A DNA stretch of 64,000 bases from Chiloscyllium plagiosum (lineage: Eukaryota). The DNA is taken from assembly GCF_004010195.1 (NCBI RefSeq), contig NC_057719.1:4950818-5014817 (forward strand). The letters are read 5' to 3'. The position numbers and the translations under genes are program-made. Position 1 is the stretch's first letter. Each line of letters opens with the position of its first letter. The notes beneath the pieces were generated by a model. That model was given only the letters and a program-made list of their open reading frames with translations, was not told where the DNA came from and ran no database searches. This document shows positions 11,106-24,544 of the stretch, one piece after another.

Positions 11106-12962
11106 TTCAGATATCATAGCAATTACAGAAACATGGCTCAGGGATGGGCAGGACTGACAGCTTAATGTTCCAGGATACAAGTGCAACAGGAAGGACAGAA
11201 AGGGAGGCAAGAGAGGAGGGGTGTGCGGCATTTTTGATAGGGGATAGCATTACAGCTGTGCTGAGGCAGGATATTCCCGGAAATACATCCAGGGAAGTTA
11301 TTTGGGTGGAACTGAGAAATAAGAAAGGGATGATCACCTTATTGGGATTGTATTATAGCCCCCCTAATAGTCAGAGGGAAATTGAGAAACAAATTTACAA
11401 GGAGATCTCAGCTATCTGTAAGAATAATAGGGTGGTTATGGTAGGGGATTTTAACTTTCCAAATGTAGACTGGGACTGCCAGAGTGTTAAGGGTTTAGAT
11501 GGAGAGGAATTTGTTAAGTGTGTACAAGAAAATTTTCTGATTCAGTATGTGGATGTACTTACTGGAGAAGATGTAAAACTTGACCTACTCTTAGGAAATA
11601 AGGCAGGACAGGTGACTGAGGTGTCAGTGGGGGAGCACTTTGGGGCCAGCGACCATAATTCTATTCGTTTTAAAATAGTGGTGGAATAGGATAGACCAAA
11701 TCTAGAAGTTGAAGTTCTAAATTGGAGAAAGGCCAATTTTGACGGTATTAGGCAAGAACTTTCGAAAGCTGCTTGGGGGCAGATGTTCGCAGGTAAAGGG
11801 ACGGCTGGAAAATGGGAAGCCTTCAGAAATGAGATAACGAGAATCCAGAGAAAGTATATTCCTGTCAGGGTGAAAGGAAAGGCTTGTAGGTATAGGGAAA
11901 GCTGGATGACTAAAGAAATTGCCGGTTTGGTTAAGAAAAAGAAGGAAGCATATGTAAGGTATAGATAGGATAGATCGAGTGAATCCTTAGAATATAAAGG
12001 AAGTAGGAGTATACTTAAGAGGGAAATCAGGAGGGCAAAAAGGGGATATGAGATAACTTTGGCAAATACAATTAAGGAGAATCCAAAGGGTTTTTACAAA
12101 TANNNNNNNNNNNNNNNNNNNNNNNNNNNNNNNNNNNNNNNNNNNNNNNNNNNNNNNNNNNNNNNNNNNNNNNNNNNNNNNNNNNNNNNNNNNNNNNNNN
12201 NNNNNNNNNNNNNNNNNNNNNNNNNNNNNNNNNNNNNNNNNNNNNNNNNNNNNNNNNNNNNNNNNNNNNNNNNNNNNNNNNNNNNNNNNNNNNNNNNNNN
12301 NNNNNNNNNNNNNNNNNNNNNNNNNNNNNNNNNNNNNNNNNNNNNNNNNNNNNNNNNNNNNNNNNNNNNNNNNNNNNNNNNNNNNNNNNNNNNNNNNNNN
12401 NNNNNNNNNNNNNNNNNNNNNNNNNNNNNNNNNNNNNNNNNNNNNNNNNNNNNNNNNNNNNNNNNNNNNNNNNNNNNNNNNNNNNNNNNNNNNNNNNNNN
12501 NNNNNNNNNNNNNNNNNNNNNNNNNNNNNNNNNNNNNNNNNNNNNNNNNNNNNNNNNNNNNNNNNNNNNNNNNNNNNNNNNNNNNNNNNNNNNNNNNNNN
12601 NNNNNNNNNNNNNNNNNNNNNNNNNNNNNNNNNNNNNNNNNNNNNNNNNNNNNNNNNNNNNNNNNNNNNNNNNNNNNNNNNNNNNNNNNNNNNNNNNNNN
12701 NNNNNNNNNNNNNNNNNNNNNNNNNNNNNNNNNNNNNNNNNNNNNNNNNNNNNNNNNNNNNNNNNNNNNNNNNNNNNNNNNNNNNNNNNNNNNNNNNNNN
12801 NNNNNNNNNNNNNNNNNNNNNNNNNNNNNNNNNNNNNNNNNNNNNNNNNNNNNNNNNNNNNNNNNNNNNNNNNNNNNNNNNNNNNNNNNNNNNNNNNNNN
12901 NNGATGAGTTGGACCGAAGGGTCTGTTTCTGTGCTGTACATCTTTATGACTCTATGACTCTA
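11106..12962 (+). mobile_element. Young CR1 LINE ORF2 (APE endonuclease part) spanning an assembly gap to its 3' tail
   Basis: AITETWL, LGLYYSPPNS, VMVGDFNFPNVDW, LDLLL, HFGASDHNSIRF motifs; after the gap the CR1 tail ends (ctatgact)n. Confidence 0.9.
12103..12902. other. Assembly gap (800 N)
   Basis: Run of N. Confidence 1.
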
Positions 12963-13800
12963 TAAACTCTATCTCCACTCCTCAGCCCATTGGCCCATAT
13001 GATCAAGATCCTGTTGCACTCTGAGGTAACCTTATTTACTGTCCACTATACCTCCAATTTTGATGTCATCTGCAAACTTACTAACTATCCCCTCTATGTT
13101 CACATCCAAATCTTTTATATAAATGATGAAATGCAGTGGACCCAGCACCGATCCTTGTGGCACACCACTGGTCACTGGCCTCCAGTCTGAAAGCAACCCT
13201 CTACCACATCCAAATGGCTAGTTCTCCTTGTATTCCATGAGATCCAACCATGCCAACTAGTCTACCATGAGGAACCTTGTCAAACACCTTAGTGAAGTCC
13301 ATATAGATCACGTCTACCGCTCAGCCTTCTGCATACATGTATTGGTCTTACTCTGATTTGCCTTACCAAAATGTAGCACCTCACATTCATCTAGATTAAA
13401 CTTCATCTGCCACTCCTCAGCCCATCAGCCCATCTGATCAAGGTCCCATTATACTTTGAGATAACCCTCTTTGCTGTCCAGTACACCACCAATTTTTGTG
13501 TCATCTGCAAATTTACAAACCATACCTCCTACATTCATATCCAAATCATTTATATAAATGACAAAAGGCAGTGTACCCAGCACTGATCCTTGCAGTGCAC
13601 CGTTGGTCACAAGCGTCCAGTCCCAAAAACAACCATGCACCACCACCCTCTGTTATCTACCTTCAAGCCAATTTTGTTTCCAAATGGCTAGCTCTCCCTG
13701 GATCCCATGTGATCTGATCTTGTTAATCAGTCTACCTCACAGAGCCTTGATGTCCATATCAACAATGTCCACTGCTATGCTTACACCAATCTTCTTTGCG
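12963..13800 (-). mobile_element. Two CR1 reverse-transcriptase fragments
   Basis: ORF 13449..13646 QGSVLG..FVIYINDLD...KFADDTKIGG. Confidence 0.88.
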
Positions 13801-13910
13801 AGCTGTTGCATTTTGCTAAGGCAAATCAAGGTAGGACTTATGCACTTAATGATAAGTTCTGGCTGATGTGGCAGAGCAAAGAGACCTTGTGGTGCAGGTT
13901 CATAGATTTT

Positions 13911-14021
13911 CCTGCAGATGCTGGAAACCAGAGTTTAGATCAGAGTGGTGCTGGAAAAGCACAGCAGGTCAGGCAGCATCCGAGGAGCAGGAAAATCGAC
14001 GTTTCGGGTAAAAGCCCTTCA
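13911..14021 (-). mobile_element. Penelope-derived element, family B, with partial hammerhead
   Basis: Minus strand reads tgaagggcttttacccGAAACGTCgattttcctgctcc. Confidence 0.65.
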
Positions 14022-14127
14022 CAATTCCATACAAGGGGTCTAGTGCTTAAAAATGGGATGAGAGTAGAATGGTTGTTTGATGATCAGCACAGACATGATG
14101 GGTTGAAAATCTTCCTTCCATGCTGTA

Positions 14128-14904
14128 AATTTGGGAAAGCAAATCTTATCAGGACTTATACACTTAATGGTAAAGTCCTAAGGAGTGCTGCTGAACAAAG
14201 AGATCTTGGAGTGCAGGTTCATAACTCCTTGAAAGTATAGTCACAGGTAGATAGGATAGTGAAGAAGACATTTGGTATGCTTTCCATTATTGGTCAGAGT
14301 ATTGAGTACAGGAGTTGGGAGGTCATGTTGTGGCTGTACAGGACATTGGTTAGGCCACTGTTGGAATATTGCGTGCAATTCTTGTCTCCTTCCTATCGGA
14401 AAGATGTTGTGAAACTTGAAAGGGTTCAGAAAAGATTTACAAAGATGTTGCCAGGATTGAAGGACTTAAGCTATAGGGAGAGGCTGAACAGGCTGGGGCT
14501 GTTTTCCCTGGAGCGCCAGAGGCTGAGGGGTGACCTTATAGAGGTTTAGAAAATTGAGGGGCTTGGATCGGGTAAATAGGCAAAGTCTTTTCCCTGGGGT
14601 CGGGGAGTCAGAACTCGAGGGCATAAGTGAGAGGGGAAAGCTAGAAAAGAAATCTATGGGGCAACTTTTTCATGCAGAAGGTGGTGTGTGGATGGAATGA
14701 GCTGCCAGAGAATGTGGTGGAGGCTGGTACAATTGCAACATTTCAGAGGTATTTGGATGGGTATATGATTAGGAAGGGTTTGGAGGGATATGGGCCGGGT
14801 GCAGGCAGGTGGGACTAGATTGGGTTGTGATATCTAGTCGGCATGGACAGGTTGGACCGAAGGGTCTGTTTCCATGCTGTACATCTCTATGACTCTCTGA
14901 CTCT
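14128..14904 (+). mobile_element. CR1 LINE 3' part
   Basis: ORF 14259..14549 LYRTLVRPLLEYCVQF; canonical tail ctatgactct. Confidence 0.92.
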
Positions 14905-16563
14905 ATTATGAGGGGCATAGACAGGAGGGGTAGGAAGACACACCGTTTCTATTAGTAGAGGGGCAAGTTACCAGGGACATGATGTTAAGGTGAGAGGTAG
15001 AAAGATGAAAGGGAATTTGAGAACAAATGGTTTCATTCAGAGCGTAGTGAGGGGGCGTGTCTGGAACTAACTGCCTGGAAGGCTGGTTGAGGTAGAACCT
15101 TTTGTACCATGCAAGCAATATTGAGACTTTCCCTTGAATTACCATCTCCTCTGGGCTGTGAGCTAAGAGCTGGAAAACAGGATTAGAGCGCTCTGGTCTT
15201 TATTGACCGGCATGAACACAGTGGGCCGAATGGACGCGTCCTGTGCTGACATGTCTGCCTGTAATCATTGTGCCTACATGAGCAGGTGAGAGACTTGGAA
15301 TTTTGCAGTGAGTAATTCCCTTCCTGACTCCCCACAGTTTGTCCACCAACTACCGAGTTGAAGTCAGGAATACAGTGGAACATTTCCCACTTGCCTGGTT
15401 GGCTACAGCGCTGCACTATCCAGGACAAAGTGGTCTGCTTGATTCCACCCCGTCCACCACATTGAACGTTCATTCCTATCTCCGCTGAGTCACAGTGGTG
15501 GCAATGTGTGTCATCTGCAAGGTGCACTGGACTAAGGCAAAGCTACTCCAACAGCACCTTCCAGACCTGTGACCACCTCCACCTCGAAGGACAAAGGCAA
15601 CAGATAAGGCACTACCACCTACAAGTTGCCTTCCAACCCCCACACGTAGGGCCTGGATGCTGGAGTAAGCCATTCAAGACTGCTCTTCCATTCAGTAAGA
15701 TGGTCGTGAACCTCATTGCAGTTTTAACTACCCCATAATTTTAACTACCCTCTGAAACTAAAGGTTAACCACATTGATTTGTGGTCTGGAGTCACACGTT
15801 GGCCAGACTGGGTGAGGATGGCAGATTTCCTCCCTTAGTGAACCAGAGAGGTTTTTGATACAATCGCTATTAGACCAGTTTCTCAATTCTGGATTTTTAC
15901 CGAATTCCGATTTCACAGTCTGTCCTGGTAGGATTTGAACCCATGACCCCAGAACATTAGCGTGGGGTTCCAGGGGACATTGCCACTGCCTCTTCAACAT
16001 CATAGTGTCTGTCCCCACATCAGACAGACTGCAGGAGTTTAAGTGGCTCACCATCATCACCTCAAGGGGCATTTAGGGATGGTGTTGAGTAAGCAATGTC
16101 CATCTTCCATTGGAGAATAAACAAAGAAGTTGTGAGATATCAGGATTGATGGAGCTTTGTTTGGAGATGGGGATAGGCTCATATGAGCATGTGCGGGCTT
16201 GCATACTCTGTACTTTTATTGCAGTTGCCATGGTGCCTTTAAGTGAGTTGATTTGCAAGGGTCAAATTTCAAACTGTCAAAGAATTCATGGTATCTGAAC
16301 ATAGACAAAGGGTCACAGTTTACAAGGCTCAGCACACAGAGCAGAGGCTGGTTCCATCTCCCCCCTCCCCCACCCCCACAATCACTGCTTTTCGCAGAGG
16401 GAAAGCTAGAAAGGTAATGTTGCATTTGCATAGTGCCTTCCAAAGTGCTGAGAACCCAAGAGAAATGGGCTGAGTGAGGGACCTGCAACTGGGTTCCAAC
16501 AACCAGGAAGGCAGAGCCCCATTCCTTGCACCCACTGCCCTGTCTTGGTGCTTCTGTTCCAAG

Positions 16564-16648
16564 ATGTGGAGATGCCGGTGTTGGACAAAGTTAAATCATA
16601 CGACAGTGGGTTGTCGACCAATATGTTTATTTGTCGTGTGGTTTTTGG
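16564..16648. mobile_element. Family A element, highly deleted, 13-bp TSD
   Basis: Terminus gatgtggagatgccggtgttggac; TSD CTTCYGTTCCAAG at 16551-16563 and 16649-16661. Confidence 0.6.
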
Positions 16649-17502
16649 CTTCCGTTCCAAGTAAGCCTACGGAGGCCACCAAAGGAGATTTTAAAGGCTG
16701 GAGATCAGAGGGAGTGGGGGCTGGGGAAGGGAGAGGGGGTTGAGGAATGAGTGGGGTAGGGACAAGGGATGAGGGGAAGTCAGCAGTAAGAAAGGAGGTG
16801 AAGATGATGAATGAGTGGGAGGAGGGGTGGTGTGATGTATGGAAACCTGACCTGCAACATCATGAGTTTACACAAGCAATTTTCATTATAAATTTACAAA
16901 TGTATGTATTTGGAAATAGATGACTAAAGACAAAATAAGTAACTTCTAAAACAAAAGAAGTGATTTGAATTAATGTCAGCAAATTCCTGATCCAATTATT
17001 GCCTTGCCATGTATCCCCTGATAATCCGAAAGCCCCACCTGGGTTGGCTCTTTGTGTAACACCCTGTGAGATCAGTTGGTGAAGAGTAATAAATAACTGG
17101 CAGGAATTTTGAGGCATCAGTGAATCAGCTGGCTGATATCCTAAACCTGGAGGATAAATCTGCTGCTGGAATAGCTGTCATTAGAATATCCAACAAAGTG
17201 ATTCTTTTGCAGTCTAATGTCATTGAGTTTTTCAAAACAGTTTTTTTAAAATTTCTTTTGTGTTGAAGCTGCTGATTTCCTGTTGGCCTGTCAGTTCTAT
17301 CAGCATTGGGCATACGCTGTGTCTGCCCAGTTAGTTATATGGACTTATGAGACAATGGCAAAGTGCATTCATGTAGTGTCCTTACCACAGGAAAATATAC
17401 TCACAGGAGCTTAAATCAGACAGCATTTGACACCTAGGGATGATATTTGGGGAGGTACTGAAATTTTTTTTTTCTGTTTTATTAACGAGCATCTTTAAAA
17501 AG

Positions 17503-17671
17503 TTAAACCACACAACATCAGGTTTATAGTCCAACAGGTTTATTTGGAATCACTAGCTTTCAAAAGCAGCACTCCAAAAGCTAGTGATTCCAAATGAACC
17601 TGTTGGACTATAACCTGGTGTTGAGATTCTTAATTTTGTCCACACTAGTCCAACACTGGCTCCTCCCACAT
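17503..17671. mobile_element. Family A fold-back element, 13-bp TSD
   Basis: Inverted arms; TSD CATCYTTAAAAAG at 17490-17502 and 17672-17684. Confidence 0.72.
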
Positions 17672-18724
17672 CATCCTTAAAAAGAGGAAGAGAATAGGGA
17701 AGGGAGTCTGGAGTTTAGGGACCAGATAGCTGAAGTCATAACGAATGGGATAGTGGTGAAAATTTGGAACTCTCAGAATGGTAGGAGAGGAAATCCCAAT
17801 TCAGTGGAGTCCTTCCTCGACCAACATCCAGGTGACAAAAGGGAGTGTTCCTTTCCTTAAACCCTGGGTGGATTGGGTCAGTCCAGTTGGTTCATGTCAG
17901 TAAATTGGAGTTTTCCAAACAGAATAAAAAACAGAAATTGCAGGAAAAGCTCAGCAAGTCTATGGAGAGAAATTAGAGTTAACATATTGGGTCCAGTGAC
18001 CTTCCTCTGACCTGTTCTTAATTGTTTCAAAATATTGTAGGCGAGAGGTGGCGATCGAACTTGTTTGGTGCCTCTTCTGGTGTTGTAGTACTGCAGTTTG
18101 TCAAAGTCCAGTGAGGAGGCTAGTGTGGAAAAGGAGTCCTGTCAAACTGTCAAAGCTAGAGATGCTACCAGCCCCTAACAGGGTAATGTGAGCCACTGGG
18201 GACTGGTGAGGGCTCAGCGCTGATAAATCCTGCCTTTTGTCACTGGGCTGCTTCAGATTGACTGAACAGTTAACCTTTTGGAGATGCAGGTCAAATATAT
18301 AGACATTTCCACTGTGCTCCTGTGAGCTTTGCTGACTGTGGGATATATTCCCTTGAGCAAGTAAGCTGCCAGTTCCAGCCTTACACCTGAATCTTGAGCA
18401 TGGAATCTATTGCTGCAGTTAGAACGAGAGCTGAGAGCAGTAAGAGATCATTCAGCCCTTGAAGCCTGCTCCACCATTTAATACAATCATGGCTGATCTC
18501 CTCTCCAGCTCAAATCCATTTTCCTGCCTGGTTTCCGTGACCCTTCAATACATTTCTAATTAAAAATCTGTCTGTCTATCTCAAATTTCCGCAATGTCCC
18601 AGCATGCACTGAAACAGTGAATTCCGCAGGTTCACGACCCTCTGAGAGAAGTGATTTCTCTTCAACTCTTTTCAATCTGCTTCTTTTTATCTTAAGACAA
18701 TGATTTCTCATTCTAGCTTTCCAT

Positions 18725-19043
18725 GGGCAGCACGGTGGCTCAGTGGTTAGCACTACTGCCTCTCAGTGCCAGGGACCCAGGTTCGATTCCCGCCTTGGGT
18801 GACTGTCTGTGTGGAGTTTGCACATTCGCGGTGTGTCTGTGTGGGTTTTCTCTGCATGATCCAGTTTCCTCCCCACAGTCCAAAGATGTGTAGGCCAGGA
18901 TGAATTGGCCAAGCTAAATTGCCATAGTGTTAGGTGCATTAGTCAGAGGGAAATGGGACTGGGTGGGTTACTTTTCAGAGGGTCGATGTGGACTTGTTGG
19001 GCTGAAGGGCCTGTTTCCACATTGTAGGGAATCTAATCTAATC
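18725..19043 (+). mobile_element. HE1/V-SINE inserted in an old CR1 remnant
   Basis: A/B boxes, V-domain, (aatct)n tail. Confidence 0.9.
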
Positions 19044-20469
19044 TTCCCACACAAGAGGAAATGTCCTCTCTACATCTACTTTGTCACTCCCCTTTTTATC
19101 ATCACATGCACCTCAATAAGATTTCCCCTCGTTCTTCTCAACTCCAGTAAGTAGAGGCCTAAACGTGAACTCTGATTTCTCTCCACAGACTTGCTGAGCT
19201 TTTCCAGCAATTCCTAAAACAACACAAACATCTCTGGAGTCGATCTGATGAGCCTATTTCGGGGCAGCACTGGTGGATTGTTGCACACGGAGATGATCCA
19301 ACCAGAAAACCTGTGAACTTGATGTTTATTATTGTCCACCAATTGGTGTCCGGTTTGCTTGTTTCTAAATAGTGATCATACCGGGTAGTTCCTGAAGTGT
19401 CCTGAGAACGTGGACAGTGCCTTGTGGAAGCCCTGTCTTCCATTTATCCATGCTGTGGTAAGAAGGTTGAGGTCAAAGCGGCCAGACTATTCCTTTCCTT
19501 CTGGTATCAGTTTGCACAACCTTATTTTTCAAGCACTGGGCTTTTTTTCTCCCTGTTGCTACTAGGGATATGGTAATGTTTCAGTTCAGTGGCTAGTTAC
19601 TATGCTACAGCAATGCACCAACAACAGAAGTATAGTTTAAGCACCTCATAGCTTCATTCCCATAGGTGAGTGCTGGTGGTTCATCCTGAGGGTCACCACA
19701 CCTCAGGTGAGGGGTTAGGTCAAGAAAGCAGACCCTTTCTGATAGCCTCAACTGTTGCAGGGATTGAACCCATGCTGTCTGCATCACAGGCCAGCTGTCT
19801 AGCCAACTGAGCTACCTGTTGCGAGGCTTGTTATGACAGAGGAGTCCTAAAAACTTCTTAGAAATTTGCATTTATGAGACATCTTTTATCACCTCTGGTC
19901 TTCCAAAGCTTGTGGGAAAACTAGCAACCGATTTGCACTCAGCAAGCTCCCAGGGGTAAATATTGGTCAGGGCACCAGGGAGAACCCCCTTACACTTCTT
20001 TGGAATAGTGCTGTGGGATCTTACCCACCCAGGGTAACAACATTGCAGTACCCTCTCAGGACCGTGTTACTATTGACACGGGTGAACCCGGAGAGTGGAA
20101 CCCCACCCTTCGGACTCAAAGCGCACTCCCTACTGTACCACAGTCATTGTCCTTCTTGTGAAAGACTCTTGTTTAAAATGCAAAACCAAGTGGGTTGAAG
20201 GGAACTGGACAAGACGAAAGGAAGCCATTAAGAGCTTCGTTGGTTTTCAATCTGTGAGGATTCACACTCGGAATTAACTCAATGAGACCATCACAAAGTA
20301 GGAATAGGAGTAAGCTGTTCAATTCTCCTGCCCTTTGCCTTGATTTCTTGACTGATCAAGGATCTCTCGTGCTCGCGCGCTCTCTCTCTCTCTCTCTCTC
20401 GTATTTAAGTAAGCCAGGTGGATCTCATAGAATGAGATCCCTGTTTGGGGTTGTTAATCCAGGAGGCAT

Positions 20470-20815
20470 GGAAGACTGCAGATGCTGGAGTTCAGAGTCA
20501 AAAACTGTGGTGTGGAAAAGCACAGCCAGTCAGGCAGCATCTGAGCACCAGGAGAATTGACATTTTGAGCATAAGCCCTTTAGGAATGTGGGTGTGCCCA
20601 AGGGGGCTGAGAGATAAATGGGAGGGGTGTGGGGCTGGTGGGGAAGCTAGCTGGGAATGTGATAGTTTGGATGAAGGTGGGGGGGTGGGGTGATGGTGAT
20701 AAGTCAGAGCAGATAGATAGGAAGGAAGATGAACAGGGAGGACAGTTCAAGAGGGTGGTGTCAAGTTGGAGGGTTGGATTTGGAATAAGGTGGGGGAAGG
20801 GGAGATGAGGAAACT
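20470..20815 (-). mobile_element. Penelope-derived element, family B, longer copy with purine-rich tract
   Basis: gaagactgcagatgctgg...ggaaaagcacagccagtcaggcagcatc followed by degenerate hammerhead and G-rich segment. Confidence 0.6.
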
Positions 20816-21429
20816 GGACTCATGCAGATTTTGCCAATCAGGGAGCTCTGTTTGACAAACAGGAACAAGAGTATCAGTTGCTCTGTTCACTGAGAGCTGG
20901 CTCTGAGGCTTCTCCATGTGTAAATAATGGGGGACTGGCTGATGGGATACTGGCCTCTGTGGAGTTATTTCATATTGGCTCTGTGATTCTCTGGTATTTG
21001 GAAGAGAGTGACTGAGAATCTGGTCTAAAGAGACATGTTTTAAGAAAGGCTTTAAACAAATAGTGGAATGTCGAGGGCTGGAGAAGTTTGAGCATTGGAA
21101 TTCGAGTGAGGATAGAAGATGGAAGAAGATGAGGGAGCCATGCAACAATGGAGATTGGGGAGTATGATGGGGATGGGGGTGTGATATAGCCTGTACCTGA
21201 AATAAGGTGCATGAGGCTATGAAAAGAGGGATGAGAATTTTCCATCGAACACTTTGAGCTGGGAGCCAGCCTAGAATAAACAACCTCCTGGTTTGCAGTG
21301 GTAATGAAAGGTGTGTCACCACCATTATCCAAATCCATTTTGGGATTGGTGGTCAATACTAGGTTAACCAACAGCGGTCCCATCTGTAAAGTGTGTGGAG
21401 AAGGGAACATTCAACTGAGAGGCTTAAAT

Positions 21430-21630
21430 AAGAACAAAAAGTGCTGGAGAAACTCAGCAGGTCAGGCAGCATTTAGGAGAGAGAAACCGAGTTAGCGTAT
21501 ATCGAGTCTAGTGTGATTCTTCTTCAGAAGTGGAATGATGTGTTAATTTGGCTTTTTTTCAGCACAGAGTTTCTCCAGCGACTTCTGTTTTCATCTCCAT
21601 TTTCCCACATCCACGGTATTTGCCTTATTT
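21430..21630. mobile_element. Penelope-derived fold-back element, family D
   Basis: gctggagaaactcagcagg...ttcttcaga arm and inverted gagtttctccagc arm. Confidence 0.55.
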
Positions 21631-22365
21631 GAGAAGCCCCTCCTGTTGAGGGGGACTTTTGGAGTTTGAATCCTGTGTTATGTTACAGCACTGCCTTCAT
21701 GTGTAGCTTGTGACACACTAATGTACTATTACAGGTATCTCCACTCACCTACCCCGAACCCCCCCAATACCACCCAGAGAACCAGAGAACATAGAACAGT
21801 ACAGCACAGAACAGGCCCTTCAGCCCACCATGTTGTGCCGACCACTGATCCTCATGTATGCACCCTCAGATTTCTGTGACCATATGTATGTCGAGGAGTC
21901 TCTTAAATGTCCCCAATGACCCTGCCTCCACAACTGCTGCTGGCAACGCATTCCACGCTCTCACAACTCTAAATGGTCAACTTCATGTTTCGCTCTGGAA
22001 TGCACATTTTTCAGAGACTGGGAGAGAGGAAATTTGTTACACGTGGAACAGGAATTAGACAGGCTCTCACCACTCCCCTCGGACCCCACCCAATTAACTG
22101 ATGTTAAAATACTTGAGAAAAAGAAATATTTTTCTTCAAAGGTGTCAAGAGGAGCAAGGAGGAAGTGAGTGTTTGTGCTTGGGAAAATGCTCTGCTTCCT
22201 CTCCCCATTCAGTGACTTTCTATCATCTTTGAGAATGGACTCCAGAATGATTAATGCTCGGATGATATTGGCAAAGGTGGATATTTGATTGCTAAGTAAA
22301 TATATTAACGGGAAGTTCACTCCTTTGGAAGTAATCCAGACTTTTATTGTGTGTTTTATTAACAG

Positions 22366-22435
22366 GAGTGTCTGCAGCAATTGGTGGTAATGAGTTTGCC
22401 AAATGTGCTAACGATTGCTAAAGATCCCCTTTCAG
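22366..22435 (+). CDS. CCDC88C: CCDC88C (Daple) coding exon, ~human exon 4 (Hook/CH domain): ECLQQLVVMSLPNVLTIAKDPLS-G
   Basis: ttttattaacag acceptor, G|gtgagt donor, 70 bp; peptide matches recalled Daple [24 protein letters not shown]. Confidence 0.93.
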
Positions 22436-22837
22436 GTGAGTGATTTCAGGCCTTGACCAGTGATGGCCCATTGCAAGTTTGATTTTGCCTGTTCTTTCTT
22501 GTCTCTGTAACTCATACTGGGCCAACTGGCTGTGGAAATCTTTTGATATCCTGCACAATTTGGTCATCCTTAATGTGGGTCAGTAAGGGTCAGTGAGGAA
22601 TCCAACCGTGCAATGGCACAAGTCGCACTCTGATCCATCTCTTAACTGACAACTGTTCGTTTCCACTGTGTGCACATATACTGTGTCACAAGATGTTATC
22701 CTCTATAATTTGAGATCCGATGCATGCACAAATGGCATTGAACCTATGGTATGGAAAGCTCTACACAACTGGAGCTTTCCTCCCTTCATGGCTGCTGTAA
22801 ACTTGAAAGGGTTCACAAAAGATTTCCAAAGATGTTA

Positions 22838-22955
22838 TAAAAAACAAAAGTTGCTGGAAAAGCTCAGTAGGTCTGACAGCATCTGTGAAGAGAAATCAGA
22901 GTTAGTGTTTTTGGTTCAGTCACCCTTCCTCAGAACTGACAGTAGCTAGGAAAAT
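22838..22955 (-). mobile_element. Family D element inserted in a CR1 fragment
   Basis: ttgctggaaaagctcag...cccttcctcagaac; flanked by agatgtt repeats within CR1 sequence 22798-23120. Confidence 0.6.
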
Positions 22956-23764
22956 AGATGTTTCTGGAGTTGGAGGGTTTGAGCTACAGGGAGAGGCTGT
23001 TTTCCCTGGAGCGTCGCAGGCTGAGGGGTGACCTTTTAAAGAGGTTTATAAAGTCATGAGGGGCATGGATAGGAAAAATAGACAAAGTCTTTTCCCTGGG
23101 GTGGGGTAATGCAGAACTAGAATTCACCTCTCTCCAATGAGAATTTAAAACAAAAACACAAATTGTTGGAGAAACTCAGCAAGTCTGGCAGCATTTGTGG
23201 GAAGAAAGAGTGTCGAGTCTCGTGACTTGATTTTGAGTTAGCTGTGCTTATTAAATGTTCTAATGCAGCTACAACACTGGCAATGAGCCAACAAAGTTGT
23301 CCCATCCCCAAAAAACAGGAGAATTAATTTCAGCCCAATTAGTCCCCCTCCGTCAATCCTTGATGATCAGCAAGGTGATGCAGGCATTGTTTGACAGTGC
23401 TATCAAACACCTTCAGTATATTTAAGATAGAGATCGTTGGGTTTTTGATTGGCAAGGGGATCAAGGGTTATAGGGAGGAAGCAGGAGAATGAAACTTACT
23501 AGCCATGATTGAATGGCAGAGCAGACTTGATGGGCTGAATGGCCTAATCTCTGCTCTTATGGTTTAACCTGTTCACTGATGCTCTGTTTGGCTTGTGCCT
23601 TGACCACTCCGCTTCTGATCTCAATACAGCCTTGGTCTAAATATGGAGGAAACAGCTGAGTTCCAGAGGCTAACTGAAAGTGACCGTTTGAGTTTTAGGG
23701 AGCATTTGACTGAGTACAGCATCGGGGAACTCTAGTAAATCTGAGGTCAAGGAGAATTGGAGAA

Positions 23765-24030
23765 AACTCTCCACTGGTTGGAGTCACACCTGACATGTAA
23801 GAAGATGGTTATGGTTGTTGGAGGTTAGGCATCTCAGCTCCAGGACATCTCTGCAGGAGTTCCTCAGGGTAGTGCCCTAGGCCCAACCATCTTCAGCTGC
23901 TTCATCAATGATCTTCACTCCATAAGGTCAGAAGTGCGGATGTTTGTTGATTAATGGTGAAGTATTAAACCTCCATTTGTATCTCCTCAGATTCATACCC
24001 AAGTGCTCCCATGTCCACGTTCACCAGACC
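23765..24030 (+). mobile_element. RT fragment of second CR1/L2-group LINE family
   Basis: ggagttcctcagggtagtgccctaggcccaaccatcttcagctgcttcatcaatgat = GVPQGSALGPTIFSCFIND. Confidence 0.8.
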
Positions 24031-24544
24031 TGGACGTTACCCTGGTCAGAGAATCAAAAACATGGGCACAGCCTCAGGATAAACTGCCAATCATTCAGGG
24101 AAATGAAGTGACATTTCTTCACCCAAACAGTTGTGAACCTTTGTGATTCTCAACCCCAAAGGCTGTGCAGCTCCATCATTGGATAGACAGATTTTTTGAG
24201 GTTTTGGGAATAATTGGGGAGCAGGTGAAGCCCAAGGTCAGCCATAATTATATTGAACGACGGTGAAACCTCAACAGGATGTATTTTGTACTCCTGCTAA
24301 TTCTTAGATTCTTACAGCAACTAACATTTTCACCCTGGGAGTGTCAGACAATGATCATCTATACAAGGCGAGAGTGAACCAACCTGCCTTAACAGCATTG
24401 CCAGCACCAGATTCCTCACCATTAATGGCCTGGGGCTGAGGTTACTGCTGTCAAGGAACTGAACTGGCTCTGTTGTCGGAATAATGTGGCTACAAGAGGC
24501 AGACAGAGGGGGGAAAAAAAAAGTTGGAAAGCTTAAATAAAATC

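Noticed and set aside
12059..12941. Long ORFs of 282 and 289 aa
   Set aside because: Artefacts of translating the N gap.
19240..19420. CTGATGAG motif as hammerhead or C/D snoRNA
   Set aside because: No GAAA after a stem II and no convincing terminal stem or box pairing.
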